From an uncultured Pseudomonadales bacterium (GTDB taxonomy: Bacteria; Patescibacteriota; Microgenomatia; UBA1400; CAYNFZ01): a stretch of DNA of 46,925 nucleotides. The DNA lies in assembly GCA_964398525.1 (NCBI GenBank), contig CAYNMS010000008.1, positions 1-46,925 of the forward strand, written 5' to 3'. The position numbers were made by a program, and so were the translations under genes. The notes below the pieces were generated by a model. The model was not told the origin of the DNA, searched no databases, and worked only from the letters and a program-made list of their open reading frames with translations. Below, in pieces: positions 16,410-26,161 of this stretch (positions are counted from its first letter, which is position 1; every line of letters starts with the position of its first letter).

Positions 16410-17021
16410 TTACAGAAATTTTTTGATGAATTGGAGCCGGTGATGAGGACTAGGACCGAATTGTTTTACGGCTTGTCGATGGATTAAGGTGCCGTAGCCT
16501 TTGTTTTTGTGCCAAGCGTAATCGGGATAATCGGGGCTGATGGAAGTGATGAAATGGTCGCGTTCAACTTTGGCCAAAATGCTAGCCGCGGCGATAGAGT
16601 AAATCTGTTGATCGCCTTTAACGATGGAGCGTACCGATTGAGGGTGAAGCCAAGGAAAAGTAGGACGATCACGGCCGTCGACTAAAACTATATTGACAGG
16701 AAGACAGGCTTGAAGAGCAAGTTTCATGGCAAGAAAGGTAGCGGCAGTGATGCCATGTTGGTTAATTATGGAGACAGAGGCATAACCTATTCCAAAGGCT
16801 AGGGCTTGGGAGCGAATTGATTGAGCAAGAAGTTGCCGCCGAGCTGGTAGGAGTTGTTTGGAGTCGGTTATGCCAGGGATTGGCTGATGTTCCTCTGGAA
16901 AAACTACGGCTGCGGCCACGACGGGACCAGCCAGACAGCCACGACCGACCTCGTCAACCCCGGCGACGGCAATATAGCCTTGAGTGAAGGGAATTTTTTC
17001 ATAAGCAAAAGTCAGAGACAT
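16410..17021 (-). CDS. rnhB: Ribonuclease HII
   Basis: GVDEVGRGCLAGPVVAAAV and DSKQL motifs. Confidence 0.9.
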   Translation of the reverse strand: MSLTFAYEKIPFTQGYIAVAGVDEVGRGCLAGPVVAAAVVFPEEHQPIPGITDSKQLLPARRQLLAQSIRSQALAFGIGYASVSIINQHGITAATFLAMKLALQACLPVNIVLVDGRDRPTFPWLHPQSVRSIVKGDQQIYSIAAASILAKVERDHFITSISPDYPDYAWHKNKGYGTLIHRQAVKQFGPSPHHRLQFIKKFL

Positions 17022-17129
17022 AAAGATAATGTAGCTTAAAGGTTATGAATTACCAAATTTATCGATGTGTAAGATTTACTTACCAGAGAGAGTGAGTTAA
17101 AATTACAGCCTACCTATTAATAAAAATCC

Positions 17130-18578
17130 ATGATTATGAAGAGATTGACAAAAATTGTAGCAACGATTGGACCGGCGAGTGAATCTGACGAGATGATTGA
17201 AAAATTGATTGAGGCGGGCGTGGACATTTTTAGATTTAACTTTAAACATAACAGTGTGGAATGGCATGAAGAGATGATTAAGAGAGTCAATAGCGTGGCT
17301 AAAAAGATAAACAGGCGGGTGGGAACTTTGATTGATTTACAGGGACCCGAAATTAGAATAAATATTCCGGTTGAGCAGATGGAGATAGATGAAGGAGAGA
17401 TGCTTTATTTGGGTGAAGAGGTGTTTGAAGACAAGGATAAGAAAGGGTTTTCTATTTCTCATCCGGATATTATTGAACATCTAAAAGACGGACAAGATGT
17501 AATCGCTGATGATGGTGCGTTTGAGTTTAGGGTAGTTAAAAAGGATGGGGCAATCTATTTGTTATCAAAAACTACCGGGGTACTTAAAACAAGAAAGTCA
17601 TTCAATATACCTGGAGCAGATTTTCCCTTTCCCGTTTTGATCGATCGAGACTTTGACGGACTTAGATTGGCAGAGAGACAGGAGGTTGATTACGTGGCAT
17701 TGTCGTTTGTGAGAAGCGCAAAAGATCTGGGAGTGTTGAGAGAGGAAATGAGTAAATTTAACATTAAAGCCAAAGTGGTGTCAAAGATTGAGACCCAAAA
17801 AGCCTTGGATCACTTGGAGGAAATAGTGGATGCTACCGATGGAATAATGGTGGCTAGAGGTGATTTGGGGGTGGAGTTACCGTTTGAACAAGTGCCTTAT
17901 TGGCAAAAAAAATTAATTGAGATGTCGATAGAGAAAGGTAAATTTGTGATTACGGCAACGCAAATGTTAGAGAGTATGATCGTGCAGCCCCGAGCTACCA
18001 GAGCAGAAATTAGCGATATCGCCAATGCTACTTATGATTTGACAGACGCGGTGATGCTGTCAGCGGAGAGTGCAAGTGGAAAGCATCCGCTCAGAGCAGT
18101 TCAGGCGATGCGACGGACAGTGGAGTTTAATGAAAAGAAGCAATTTATTGATACCCGGGTGAAATTTCAACTGGAGATGAAGGATCCAGAGGGACTGATT
18201 TGTGACGCCGCGTATGACTTGTATCAGGAAATGTTTAAGAAAGAAATGCCGGTGGTTGGGTTTATGGTATTTACTCATACTGGCAGAACGGCCAGGCTGA
18301 TGAGTATGTTTAGACCCAGAATGCCAATTTTTGCTTTTTGCCCGGACACCGAGGTGGCTGAAGGCTTGACGGTTAATTATGGCGTATATCCGATCGTGGA
18401 AGGTAAGACTTACAAACAGAATGTAAGAGTGACCCATAATCATGTGTTGGCAGGAATGAAGTATCTAATCGAGAGGGGTTTTATAAAAAATGGTGATAGA
18501 TTAATTGTGCTACATGGTGATTTTTGGGCTGTAGAGGGGGGAACCTCGACCGTTAAGTTGGTGAAAGCTGACATTTAG
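17130..18578 (+). CDS. pyk: Pyruvate kinase
   Basis: KIVATIGPAS, MVARGDLGVE and TQMLESM motifs. Confidence 0.93.
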   Translation: MIMKRLTKIVATIGPASESDEMIEKLIEAGVDIFRFNFKHNSVEWHEEMIKRVNSVAKKINRRVGTLIDLQGPEIRINIPVEQMEIDEGEMLYLGEEVFEDKDKKGFSISHPDIIEHLKDGQDVIADDGAFEFRVVKKDGAIYLLSKTTGVLKTRKSFNIPGADFPFPVLIDRDFDGLRLAERQEVDYVALSFVRSAKDLGVLREEMSKFNIKAKVVSKIETQKALDHLEEIVDATDGIMVARGDLGVELPFEQVPYWQKKLIEMSIEKGKFVITATQMLESMIVQPRATRAEISDIANATYDLTDAVMLSAESASGKHPLRAVQAMRRTVEFNEKKQFIDTRVKFQLEMKDPEGLICDAAYDLYQEMFKKEMPVVGFMVFTHTGRTARLMSMFRPRMPIFAFCPDTEVAEGLTVNYGVYPIVEGKTYKQNVRVTHNHVLAGMKYLIERGFIKNGDRLIVLHGDFWAVEGGTSTVKLVKADI

Positions 18579-18596
18579 GGTGTATAATCTCAACTG

Positions 18597-18788
18597 ATGG
18601 ATGAAGCCTGGGAAGCCCTTGCCAGATATAAGTTCCTTGCTGAGCAGTTAAAAGATCTCAAGCGTGAGTTGTGGATGGATTTATTTTGGTGTGAAGAAGC
18701 CGAACTGTCATTGTCAGAAGCAGAAGAAGAATTGGACAGACTAAAGCTTTATATCAACATGAACTACGAAGTCAGACGTGTAGATTGA
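18597..18788 (+). CDS. Hypothetical small acidic helical protein
   Basis: 63-aa ORF 18 nt after pyk on the same strand. No recognisable motif. Confidence 0.3.
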   Translation: MDEAWEALARYKFLAEQLKDLKRELWMDLFWCEEAELSLSEAEEELDRLKLYINMNYEVRRVD

Positions 18789-18844
18789 TATTAAGGCTTA
18801 CGAAAATTTTTTAGGATTGATTAGGGGAGAGAAAAAAAGGCCGC

Positions 18845-19282
18845 TTAACGCTTGGGTGATTGCTTTTTGGCTCGAGCTTTGCCACCAGTGCCGATTTTCC
18901 GGCGCTCACGTTTTCTAGGGTCTCGAGTTAGTAAACCTTGTTTTTTAAGAACTGGTCGATAAGTTTCATCGGCTACAACTAAGGCACGAGCAATACCGTG
19001 GAGCATAGCACCGAGTTGGGAGGAGGGACCGGAGCCAACTATTTTGGCTGTGACAGAATATTTAGCCAGAGTGTCAGTGAGTTGGAGGGGTTTGGCATAA
19101 GTAAGTCGAGCGTTGGGGATAGTGAAATATTGACCAACAGGCAAACCATTGACAGTGATGTCTACATTGTTGTCTTTGGTGGTTTTGTGGTAAAGCCTGA
19201 CTCGGGCAATAGCGCGTTTGCGGCGGCCAACGGCGTGAATATATTCGGGCTTGGTTGGCGTTTGGGTCTTTTTGGTTGGCAT
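18845..19282 (-). CDS. rpsI: 30S ribosomal protein S9
   Basis: GRRKRAIARVRL...ARAKKQSPKR. rplM-rpsI synteny. Confidence 0.93.
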   Translation of the reverse strand: MPTKKTQTPTKPEYIHAVGRRKRAIARVRLYHKTTKDNNVDITVNGLPVGQYFTIPNARLTYAKPLQLTDTLAKYSVTAKIVGSGPSSQLGAMLHGIARALVVADETYRPVLKKQGLLTRDPRKRERRKIGTGGKARAKKQSPKR

Positions 19283-19300
19283 AGAAATTTAATGGTTAAT

Positions 19301-19723
19301 TTAAGATTGTGACTGAAGTTTGTCTGTGTAGGGATGATCAGAGCCGGTAAAAACTTTGAGGCGACGAAGGCGGGGTGAGCGGAGTTTATTTTTAGGTAAC
19401 ATGTTTTTGACGGCAAGTTCGATGACTCTGGTAGAATTTTTAGTCATGAGTTCACCAAGGGTTTCTGCTTTGAGACCACCAGGGTAGCCACTGTGGTGGT
19501 AGTAAACTTTTTTCTTGGTTTTGCCGCCGGTAGTTTGGATTTTGTCAGTGTTGATGACAATGACATAGTCGCCACAGTCCAAATGAGGAGTGTAGTAGGG
19601 TTTGTGTTTACCGATGAGTTTGGTGGCAATTTGAGTGGAGAGCCGGCCAAGAATTTGATCGGAGGCGTCTAAAATATGCCATTGGCGTTTGATGTCTGAG
19701 GGTTTAGTGGAGGCGGTTTTCAT
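19301..19723 (-). CDS. rplM: 50S ribosomal protein L13
   Basis: RQWHILDASDQILGRLST...KHKPYYTPHLDCGDYVIVIN. Confidence 0.93.
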   Translation of the reverse strand: MKTASTKPSDIKRQWHILDASDQILGRLSTQIATKLIGKHKPYYTPHLDCGDYVIVINTDKIQTTGGKTKKKVYYHHSGYPGGLKAETLGELMTKNSTRVIELAVKNMLPKNKLRSPRLRRLKVFTGSDHPYTDKLQSQS

Positions 19724-19738
19724 AGATAAAGATATTGA

Positions 19739-20224
19739 TTATTTTGTAGACTTACTTTTCGAACTAGAGGATTTAGTCTTGGAAGTTTTTTTGGTATTGG
19801 TTTGAGCAGATTTGGCTGGTTTGGTTGGGACTTTTTTGGCTGGAGAAGTGACGAGTGTAGGAGGCGTAAGTGGATCGGTGAAGCCAAGTTTGACGGTGAG
19901 AGTATTATCGCCACGGCGACGATCTAGGCGCACTAATCGGGTGTAACCACTGGTGCGGGAAGTGAACTGAGGAGTAAGGTGGTCAACGAGACGATTAGTG
20001 ACTTGTTTTTGGTTAAAAAAGGCCTGGATGTCACGACGAGAAGCGAGGGTGTTTTGACGGGCTTTGGTGATTAATTTATCGACTGTGCCCTGAATGCTTT
20101 TGGCTTTGGCATAGGTGGTGACAATTTCACCTTCCAAGACCAAGGAGCGGATAAGACTTTTGAATAAAGCCTGACGCTGGTTGGTATTACGGTTGAGCTT
20201 TTTGCCCTTGACTCGATGTTTCAT
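19739..20224 (-). CDS. rplQ: 50S ribosomal protein L17 (with K/S/T-rich C-terminal tail)
   Basis: MKHRVKGKKLNRNTNQRQALFKSL... Follows rpoA. Confidence 0.93.
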   Translation of the reverse strand: MKHRVKGKKLNRNTNQRQALFKSLIRSLVLEGEIVTTYAKAKSIQGTVDKLITKARQNTLASRRDIQAFFNQKQVTNRLVDHLTPQFTSRTSGYTRLVRLDRRRGDNTLTVKLGFTDPLTPPTLVTSPAKKVPTKPAKSAQTNTKKTSKTKSSSSKSKSTK

Positions 20225-20227
20225 AGT

Positions 20228-21157
20228 TTATTCAGATTTAAAAGAAACTTCTTTTTGTGACAAGGCGTCTTCAACTAGGGAAACCGAGCGGTCACCTAAG
20301 TTTTTGACTTTGGAAACCTCGTCTTTAGTAGCTTTGGAGAGATCGGCTACAGTTTTGTAACCACCTTTTCTAAGCGCGTTGGCGATTCGGGTGGGAAGAT
20401 CGAGTTCTTCGACAGTGAGTGAGAGGGTTTCACTAGGATACCTGTCTTGAGCGACATCGTCTTCGGTCTGAGGAGTTTGGACTGGTTCGAAAATCTGCTG
20501 GAAGTGTTCGACTAGAATACCAGCGGACTCTTCTAAGGCTGTTTGAGCTGATTTAGTACCATTGGTCCAGATTTCTAGGACCAACTTGTCGTAGTCAGTG
20601 CGACGACCGACACGGGTGCTTTGGACAGTGGGGTTAACTCGACGTACAGGAGAAAAGAGGGCGTCGACAGGAATGACACCAATGGTGCTGGTGAGGCGTT
20701 CTTCGGCAGGAGAATAGCCTGTGCCAGTCTCGACAGTTAACTCCATGCTGAGTTGAGAGTCTTTGGTGGCGAGATTGGCTAGAACTAAATCGGGGTTGGT
20801 AATAGTGACCCCAACGGGAGTTTGAATTTGGGAGGCTTTGACTTCACCTGGGCCTTTGGCTTCAAGTTTGAGAGAGGCGGAATTGCCACTTTCGAGTTGG
20901 ACGTTTAAAGATTTTACATTTAAAACCAGTTCGACAATATCTTCACTCATACCTTCAAGGGTAGTGAATTGATGACGGACGCCTTTGACTTTGATAGAAG
21001 TAACCGCTGCACCCTGAAGAGAAGTGAGAAGAACTCGGCGGAGGGCATTACCAAGAGTGTGGCCGTAGCCTTGTTTGAGAGGCTCGAGAGCTAATTTGGT
21101 ATAGTTTTGACTTTGATTGTCTTCAACTATAGAGACTGTAAATTTTGGATCCAACAT
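20228..21157 (-). CDS. rpoA: DNA-directed RNA polymerase subunit alpha
   Basis: GHTLGNALRRVLLTSL plus a C-terminal HhH domain (LDLPTRIANALRK). Confidence 0.95.
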   Translation of the reverse strand: MLDPKFTVSIVEDNQSQNYTKLALEPLKQGYGHTLGNALRRVLLTSLQGAAVTSIKVKGVRHQFTTLEGMSEDIVELVLNVKSLNVQLESGNSASLKLEAKGPGEVKASQIQTPVGVTITNPDLVLANLATKDSQLSMELTVETGTGYSPAEERLTSTIGVIPVDALFSPVRRVNPTVQSTRVGRRTDYDKLVLEIWTNGTKSAQTALEESAGILVEHFQQIFEPVQTPQTEDDVAQDRYPSETLSLTVEELDLPTRIANALRKGGYKTVADLSKATKDEVSKVKNLGDRSVSLVEDALSQKEVSFKSE

Positions 21158-21171
21158 AATTCTCCTTGCTA

Positions 21172-21780
21172 TTAACGAGAATAAAACTCGACAATTAATT
21201 GTTCATTGATGTCTTCGGTAATGTCTTCGCGCTCGGGCAAGCGATCGACAAGACTGACAGCTCCTTTGCGTTTTATCCAGCCAGGAATACCCTGAGCGGA
21301 ATTTTTAAGATGTTCGGAAATGTAGGGGATTTTGATAGCGGTACTTGAAAGAGAAACGGTTTCACCAGGTACGACTTGATAAGAAGGTATGGTAACTTTT
21401 TTCCCATTTACATTGGTGTTGCCGTGATTGATGATTTGGCGAGCGGCAGCCCGAGTAGGAGCCAAGCCTGAGCGGTATACGACATTGTCTAGACGACGTT
21501 CAAGTTGAATGAGAAGGGCTGCGCCGGTAGCTTTGGGGTTTATGGTAGCTCGATCAAAGTAGCGTCGGAACTGTTTTTCTAAGACACCATATGTAATACG
21601 GGCTTTTTGTTTTTCGAGAAGCTGAAGGGCATATTCGGAGAGTTTGCGGCGACCACGACGACCGTGTTGACCGGGGAGAACGTTTAGGCGTTTGGCGACT
21701 TTGATCGGGTTGGTACGAAGACCAAGATCGGCGCCGATTTTGCGTTGGAGTTTGTTTTTAGGTCCTGAGTAGCGTGCCAT
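21172..21780 (-). CDS. rpsD: 30S ribosomal protein S4
   Basis: MARYSGPKNKLQRKIGADL... and synteny. Confidence 0.95.
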   Translation of the reverse strand: MARYSGPKNKLQRKIGADLGLRTNPIKVAKRLNVLPGQHGRRGRRKLSEYALQLLEKQKARITYGVLEKQFRRYFDRATINPKATGAALLIQLERRLDNVVYRSGLAPTRAAARQIINHGNTNVNGKKVTIPSYQVVPGETVSLSSTAIKIPYISEHLKNSAQGIPGWIKRKGAVSLVDRLPEREDITEDINEQLIVEFYSR

Positions 21781-21795
21781 AGAAATTTTGGATAA

Positions 21796-22191
21796 TTAGC
21801 GATTGTGTTTCTTTTTTCGTGGCCTGGTGCCGTTGTGTGGAATAGGGGTAACGTCGGCGATTAAATCGATTTTAAGGCCAGAGCCGCGAAGCACACGAAG
21901 AGCGGCATCCCGGCCAGGTCCAGGGCCTTTGATATAGACTTCAATGTGGCGAAGACCGTAGGTTTTGGCTTGATTGACTACACCTTCGATAGTGATAGTG
22001 GCGGCGTAGGGGGTGGATTTTTTAGATCCAGAGAAACCAGCCTTGCCAGTACTACCGGCGCTGACGACGTTGCCAGAGGTGTCACTGATGGTTACCAAGG
22101 TGTTGTTGAAGGTGGCGGTAACGTACATATGGCCTTTAGTTAAGATGCGGTTGGGTTGACTGGGCTTTTTGGTGGCTGGTTTATTTGCCAT
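21796..22191 (-). CDS. rpsK: 30S ribosomal protein S11
   Basis: [18 protein letters not shown]...[11 protein letters not shown]. Confidence 0.95.
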   Translation of the reverse strand: MANKPATKKPSQPNRILTKGHMYVTATFNNTLVTISDTSGNVVSAGSTGKAGFSGSKKSTPYAATITIEGVVNQAKTYGLRHIEVYIKGPGPGRDAALRVLRGSGLKIDLIADVTPIPHNGTRPRKKKHNR

Positions 22192-22204
22192 AGAAAATTA
22201 CTCC

Positions 22205-22597
22205 TTATTTTTTAGTCGAACTCTGGGCTTGATCTTTAGAGATAGCCCCGATGGTGGCGCGACGTCCACGTTTGGTACGAGCGTTGGTTCGAGTACGCTG
22301 GCCGCGTGAAGGCAGACCGGCGGCATGACGTTGGCCTCGATAGGCACCGATGCGACGAAGGCGTTCGACATTATCGCGGATTAGTTTTCTTAAATTACCT
22401 TCTGTATTGATTTTTTCCATTGCCCGTTGAAGGCGAGAGACGTCGTCGTTACTGAGTTTGTGAGCTCGGGTTGCGGGATCGATGTTAGCCTCCGAGAGGA
22501 TTTCAGTGACATTTTGACGACCTACACCGTAAACATAGGTAAGGGCTATATCGATGCGTTTGTTGTCTGGTAAGTCGACTCCGGCGATGCGTGGCAT
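22205..22597 (-). CDS. rpsM: 30S ribosomal protein S13
   Basis: MPRIAGVDLPDNKRIDIALTYVYGVGR. Confidence 0.95.
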   Translation of the reverse strand: MPRIAGVDLPDNKRIDIALTYVYGVGRQNVTEILSEANIDPATRAHKLSNDDVSRLQRAMEKINTEGNLRKLIRDNVERLRRIGAYRGQRHAAGLPSRGQRTRTNARTKRGRRATIGAISKDQAQSSTKK

Positions 22598-22627
22598 AAA
22601 TTAACTGAAGTTGATTAATAAATAGGT

Positions 22628-22741
22628 TTAACCTTGGCGTTGTTTATGACGCGGGTTGTCACAGATAACGCGAAGATAACCGTGACGTTTAATGAGTTTG
22701 CAGTTTTTGCAGCGTTTTTTGATACTAGCTTTAACTTTCAT
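22628..22741 (-). CDS. rpmJ: 50S ribosomal protein L36
   Basis: Below the ORF-track cutoff. Hand translation gives [37 protein letters not shown] (37 aa), in the canonical position between infA and rpsM. Confidence 0.9.
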   Translation of the reverse strand: MKVKASIKKRCKNCKLIKRHGYLRVICDNPRHKQRQG

Positions 22742-22756
22742 TTAGATACCTTGAGT

Positions 22757-22787
22757 CAATAAAAACCCGGTCAGGGAAGTACCTGAC
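22757..22787 (-). terminator. Hairpin after infA (GTCAGG-TACTTC-CCTGAC, then CGGGTTTTTATTG)
   Basis: 6-bp stem with a T run offset by 4 nt, between infA and rpmJ. Confidence 0.3.
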
Positions 22788-22807
22788 TTTTAAGTTTGGG
22801 CTCATCG

Positions 22808-23047
22808 TTATTTATTTCGATAAGTAATGCGACCGCGTTTAGGATCGTAGCGGCTGACCTCACACTTAACTTTGTCTCCGGGCATAACTTTGATTCGATA
22901 CATTCTCATTTTCCCAGAAAGGGTGCAGAGAATGGTTTGACCAGAGAGGTTTTCAGGTGCGTCCTCGTCAAGTTTGACTCGGAACATTGTGTTTGGTAAG
23001 GCTTCGGTAATGATGCCTTCAATTTGGACTGTATTTGAATCTGTCAC
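22808..23047 (-). CDS. infA: Translation initiation factor IF-1
   Basis: [12 protein letters not shown]...[17 protein letters not shown]...[14 protein letters not shown] start. Confidence 0.9.
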   Translation of the reverse strand: MTDSNTVQIEGIITEALPNTMFRVKLDEDAPENLSGQTILCTLSGKMRMYRIKVMPGDKVKCEVSRYDPKRGRITYRNK

Positions 23048-23102
23048 GTTAAGTGGATGATCTATTTGAGCCTGGTGATTTTAACAGATAGATTGATGTT
23101 TC

Positions 23103-23840
23103 TCAAGTGGTGATGGCTGTGACCACGAGAGGTTTGTCGGCAGTTAAGATTATGGTCTCCTCAAAGACGGCAGATAGGTTTCCGTCTCGAGTAGATATGG
23201 TCCATCGGTCCGGGGCGGTGACAGTGTGCCAATCACCTTGGACGTACATGACCTCGATGGCTAAAGCTTGGCCTTGAGTAAGGACCGGGGTATTGGTGCG
23301 GCTCCCGGAAGTGAAACAAGGGATGGCCGGGTTTTGATGAAGTTTCTTGCCGACACCGTGGCCAGTCAAGTCACGGACAACCTGGTAACCAGCGGCTTCG
23401 ATTGATTCTTGGATAGCGTTGCTGATATCCCAAACATGGTTTCCAGGCCTAGCTTGGTCGATAGCCAAGGGAAGTGTGTCGATTCCAGCTTGGAGAAAAT
23501 GTCGAGTGGTGTCGGGAGCTGATCCAACGATGAAAGAGGTGGAAGTGTCGGTGTGGTAACCTTTGAAGTATAGACCAACATCGATGGTGACTAAATCACC
23601 AGATTTTAATGTGCCTTTGGGAATACCGTGGACTATGCCTGAGTTAATGTTGATGCAGGTTGACCAGTGATAACCAGGAACCATTTTGAAGGAAGGTTGA
23701 CCACCGGTTTGGTTGAGAAGTTTGGTGGCGAGGGCTTCGATTGACTCGAGATCAGTACCGGGTTTGGCTGAATTAACTAACTGTTGTTTGACTTCAGCCA
23801 AGAGTCGACCACCTTGGACTTGAGGGGAAGTAGGTATCAC
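23103..23840 (-). CDS. map: Methionine aminopeptidase type I
   Basis: GIVHGIP...DLVTIDVG...GYHTDTS...LTGHGVG...EVMY metal-ligand motifs. GTG start overlaps the adk stop (GTGA). Confidence 0.9.
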   Translation of the reverse strand: MIPTSPQVQGGRLLAEVKQQLVNSAKPGTDLESIEALATKLLNQTGGQPSFKMVPGYHWSTCININSGIVHGIPKGTLKSGDLVTIDVGLYFKGYHTDTSTSFIVGSAPDTTRHFLQAGIDTLPLAIDQARPGNHVWDISNAIQESIEAAGYQVVRDLTGHGVGKKLHQNPAIPCFTSGSRTNTPVLTQGQALAIEVMYVQGDWHTVTAPDRWTISTRDGNLSAVFEETIILTADKPLVVTAITT

Positions 23841-24385
23841 TGAAGTGGATCCAGTACTTGGCAGATATCGGAAAAAATGGAGTCTATGTCGCGTTCGCCA
23901 TCAATTTCGGTTAGAAGATTTTGATCACGATAATAATCAACGACTGGCTGGGTGTGTTTATGAAAACTATCAATGCGTTTTCTTAAGGCTTGGAGAGTGT
24001 TGTCTTCACGGATACCGTCTTCAACACGTCCCGAAAGTCGCCAAAGAGCCTCTTTGTCAGAAACGACTAAGTAAAGGACGCGATTGATACCATTTTGGAA
24101 CAGCTCGGCTTGGGCAACGGTACGGGGAAAGCCATCAAGAATATAGCCTGACTCGTATTCGGGTTTACTTAAATATTCTTCGACAATTTCTACAGTTTTA
24201 TCGTCGGGCATGAGAGCACCGGAGTTGATGGTTTCTTTGACGTAACGACCCCATGGAGTTTTCTCTTTGGACATTTCTCTGAAGATGTGACCGCTACTTA
24301 AGTAAGGTATGGAGTATTTCTCGGAAATGAGATTTCCTTGAGTAGATTTTCCTGCTCCCTGAATGCCGATTATGACTATTTTCAT
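23837..24385 (-). CDS. adk: Adenylate kinase (short LID form)
   Basis: GIQGAGKSTQ P-loop and ILDGFPRT. Confidence 0.93.
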   Translation of the reverse strand: MKIVIIGIQGAGKSTQGNLISEKYSIPYLSSGHIFREMSKEKTPWGRYVKETINSGALMPDDKTVEIVEEYLSKPEYESGYILDGFPRTVAQAELFQNGINRVLYLVVSDKEALWRLSGRVEDGIREDNTLQALRKRIDSFHKHTQPVVDYYRDQNLLTEIDGERDIDSIFSDICQVLDPLQ

Positions 24386-24411
24386 AATCTTTCCCGTTAG
24401 TTAGCAATTGA

Positions 24412-25692
24412 TCAACTGTCGATGAAGCCTTCGTAACTTCTCATGACCAGCTGACTTTCAAGTTGTTTGGCAGTTTCGAGTACAACCGAAACAACGATGA
24501 GAATACCCGCGCCACCTAAAGTGAGAGTGGAAACACCAGTAAAGATTTGAGCAATACTTGGCAGAATAGCGATAACCCCCAAAAAGAGAGCGCCGGCTAA
24601 GGTAATGCGGGTAAGAATATAGTTTAGGTAACGGGCGGTAGGTTGGCCGGGACGAATACCAGGGATGAAACCGCCATTTTTCTTGATTTGATCAGCAATT
24701 TTTTGAGGGTCAAAAACTATGGCAGTGTAGAAATAGGTGAAACCGACGACTAAAAGGAAATAGGTCAGATTGTAAAAAAGGCTGGCAGGATCAAAAAGCC
24801 TAGAAATGGTAGTGCCAAAACTGGCGAAAGTGGGGTTACCGGAAGAGATGAGGAAGCGACCAACTAATGAGGGAAGCAGGACCAGGGAGACGGCAAAGAT
24901 AATGGGGATCATGCCGGCTTGATTGATTTTGAGAGGCAAGAAGGTGGTTTGACCACCATAGAGCCTTGAACCGCGAACCCGTTTGGCGTATTTAACCGGG
25001 ACTTTTCTTATAGCTTCGTTGACGGTAACGACGGCGGCGACAACAACGAGACTAAGGAGAGACAAGGCCAGAATCAGGCTAGTTTGGTCAAAGGTAACGG
25101 TGGAGAGTGTTTGAAGGAAGGTAACTGGTAGACGAGCGATGATACCGGCGAAGATGATGAGAGAAATACCGTTGCCAATACCGTATTCTGAGAGAATTTC
25201 CCCAAGCCACATGAGGAAAATGGTGCCGGTGACCATAGTAAGAATGATAGTGACGAGTTGAAAGGGGGATTGGGTGACTAAAATGTTTTGGCTTTTGAGA
25301 ATGCTTATGACACCAATGCTTTGGAAGACAGCAAGGGGAACGGTGAGCATGCGAGTGTATTGGTTGATCTTTTCCCGTCCAAAATCGCCCTCTTTGCTAA
25401 GTTCTTCGAGCGAGGGAATAACCATGGTGAGGAGTTGGAGAATAATTGAGGCACTAATGTAAGGCCCCAGACCCATGGCTAAGATAGAAAAGTTGACCAA
25501 CGTGCCTCCAGAGAAAACGTCCAGAAGACTTAATAACTGGTTGCTGGCAAAAAACGCTTGAAGACTGGCAGTATCCACACCAGGAACCGGCAGGTGGGCG
25601 ACAAAACGGTAGATAGCAAGTACTAGAAGGGTGACGGCAAATTTGCGTTTAAGTTCAGGGATGGCTAAAAGGCGCTTGATGACGTCGATCAT
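24412..25692 (-). CDS. secY: Preprotein translocase subunit SecY
   Basis: 426 aa with 10 TM segments, in the canonical position after rplO. Confidence 0.95.
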   Translation of the reverse strand: MIDVIKRLLAIPELKRKFAVTLLVLAIYRFVAHLPVPGVDTASLQAFFASNQLLSLLDVFSGGTLVNFSILAMGLGPYISASIILQLLTMVIPSLEELSKEGDFGREKINQYTRMLTVPLAVFQSIGVISILKSQNILVTQSPFQLVTIILTMVTGTIFLMWLGEILSEYGIGNGISLIIFAGIIARLPVTFLQTLSTVTFDQTSLILALSLLSLVVVAAVVTVNEAIRKVPVKYAKRVRGSRLYGGQTTFLPLKINQAGMIPIIFAVSLVLLPSLVGRFLISSGNPTFASFGTTISRLFDPASLFYNLTYFLLVVGFTYFYTAIVFDPQKIADQIKKNGGFIPGIRPGQPTARYLNYILTRITLAGALFLGVIAILPSIAQIFTGVSTLTLGGAGILIVVSVVLETAKQLESQLVMRSYEGFIDS

Positions 25693-26159
25693 GAAGAGGA
25701 TTTTTTAGATGGGGAAGGAGAATAAGTCCCACCAGCTTTTTTTATTTGGTCAATAGCTGAGGCAGAGGCAGGAATTCCTTCGACATGAAGGCTAACTTGA
25801 AGTTGACCTTGGCCTAGAAGCTTGATTTGTCCTGAAGCGGCTTCAGCTAAAGTAACCAGTTTTTCTTTTACCAGAATTTCGGGGGTGATGCGAGTACCAG
25901 CTTTAAAGCGGTTTAGTTGAGTGAGGTTGAGGGTGATGGTGTCTGGTTTTAGGCTTTTGAAACGGTCCTTGCCTCGAAGAAAAGGCAACCGGCGGGAAAA
26001 AGGAAGCTGACCACCTTCAAACCAAAGGGGGACACTGGAGCGGGATTTCTGGCCTTTTTGACCACGACTGGAGGTGTGGCCGCCATTGCGAGAACCGTAA
26101 CCACGGCCTAGTCGCTTTTTACCGGTAGCAGAAATTTTGGGTAGCTGATGTAAGTTCAT
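25689..26159 (-). CDS. rplO: 50S ribosomal protein L15
   Basis: [11 protein letters not shown]...GQKGQKSRS. Confidence 0.93.
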   Translation of the reverse strand: MNLHQLPKISATGKKRLGRGYGSRNGGHTSSRGQKGQKSRSSVPLWFEGGQLPFSRRLPFLRGKDRFKSLKPDTITLNLTQLNRFKAGTRITPEILVKEKLVTLAEAASGQIKLLGQGQLQVSLHVEGIPASASAIDQIKKAGGTYSPSPSKKSSS

Positions 26160-26161
26160 GA

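Noticed and set aside
13785-18443. Antisense or alternative-frame ORFs inside the dipZ, IMPase, alkA-like, rnhB and pyk genes (for example 14361..14837, 15340..15735, 18060..18443)
   Set aside because: They are embedded in genes with strong family signatures and have proline/serine/leucine-rich shadow-frame composition.
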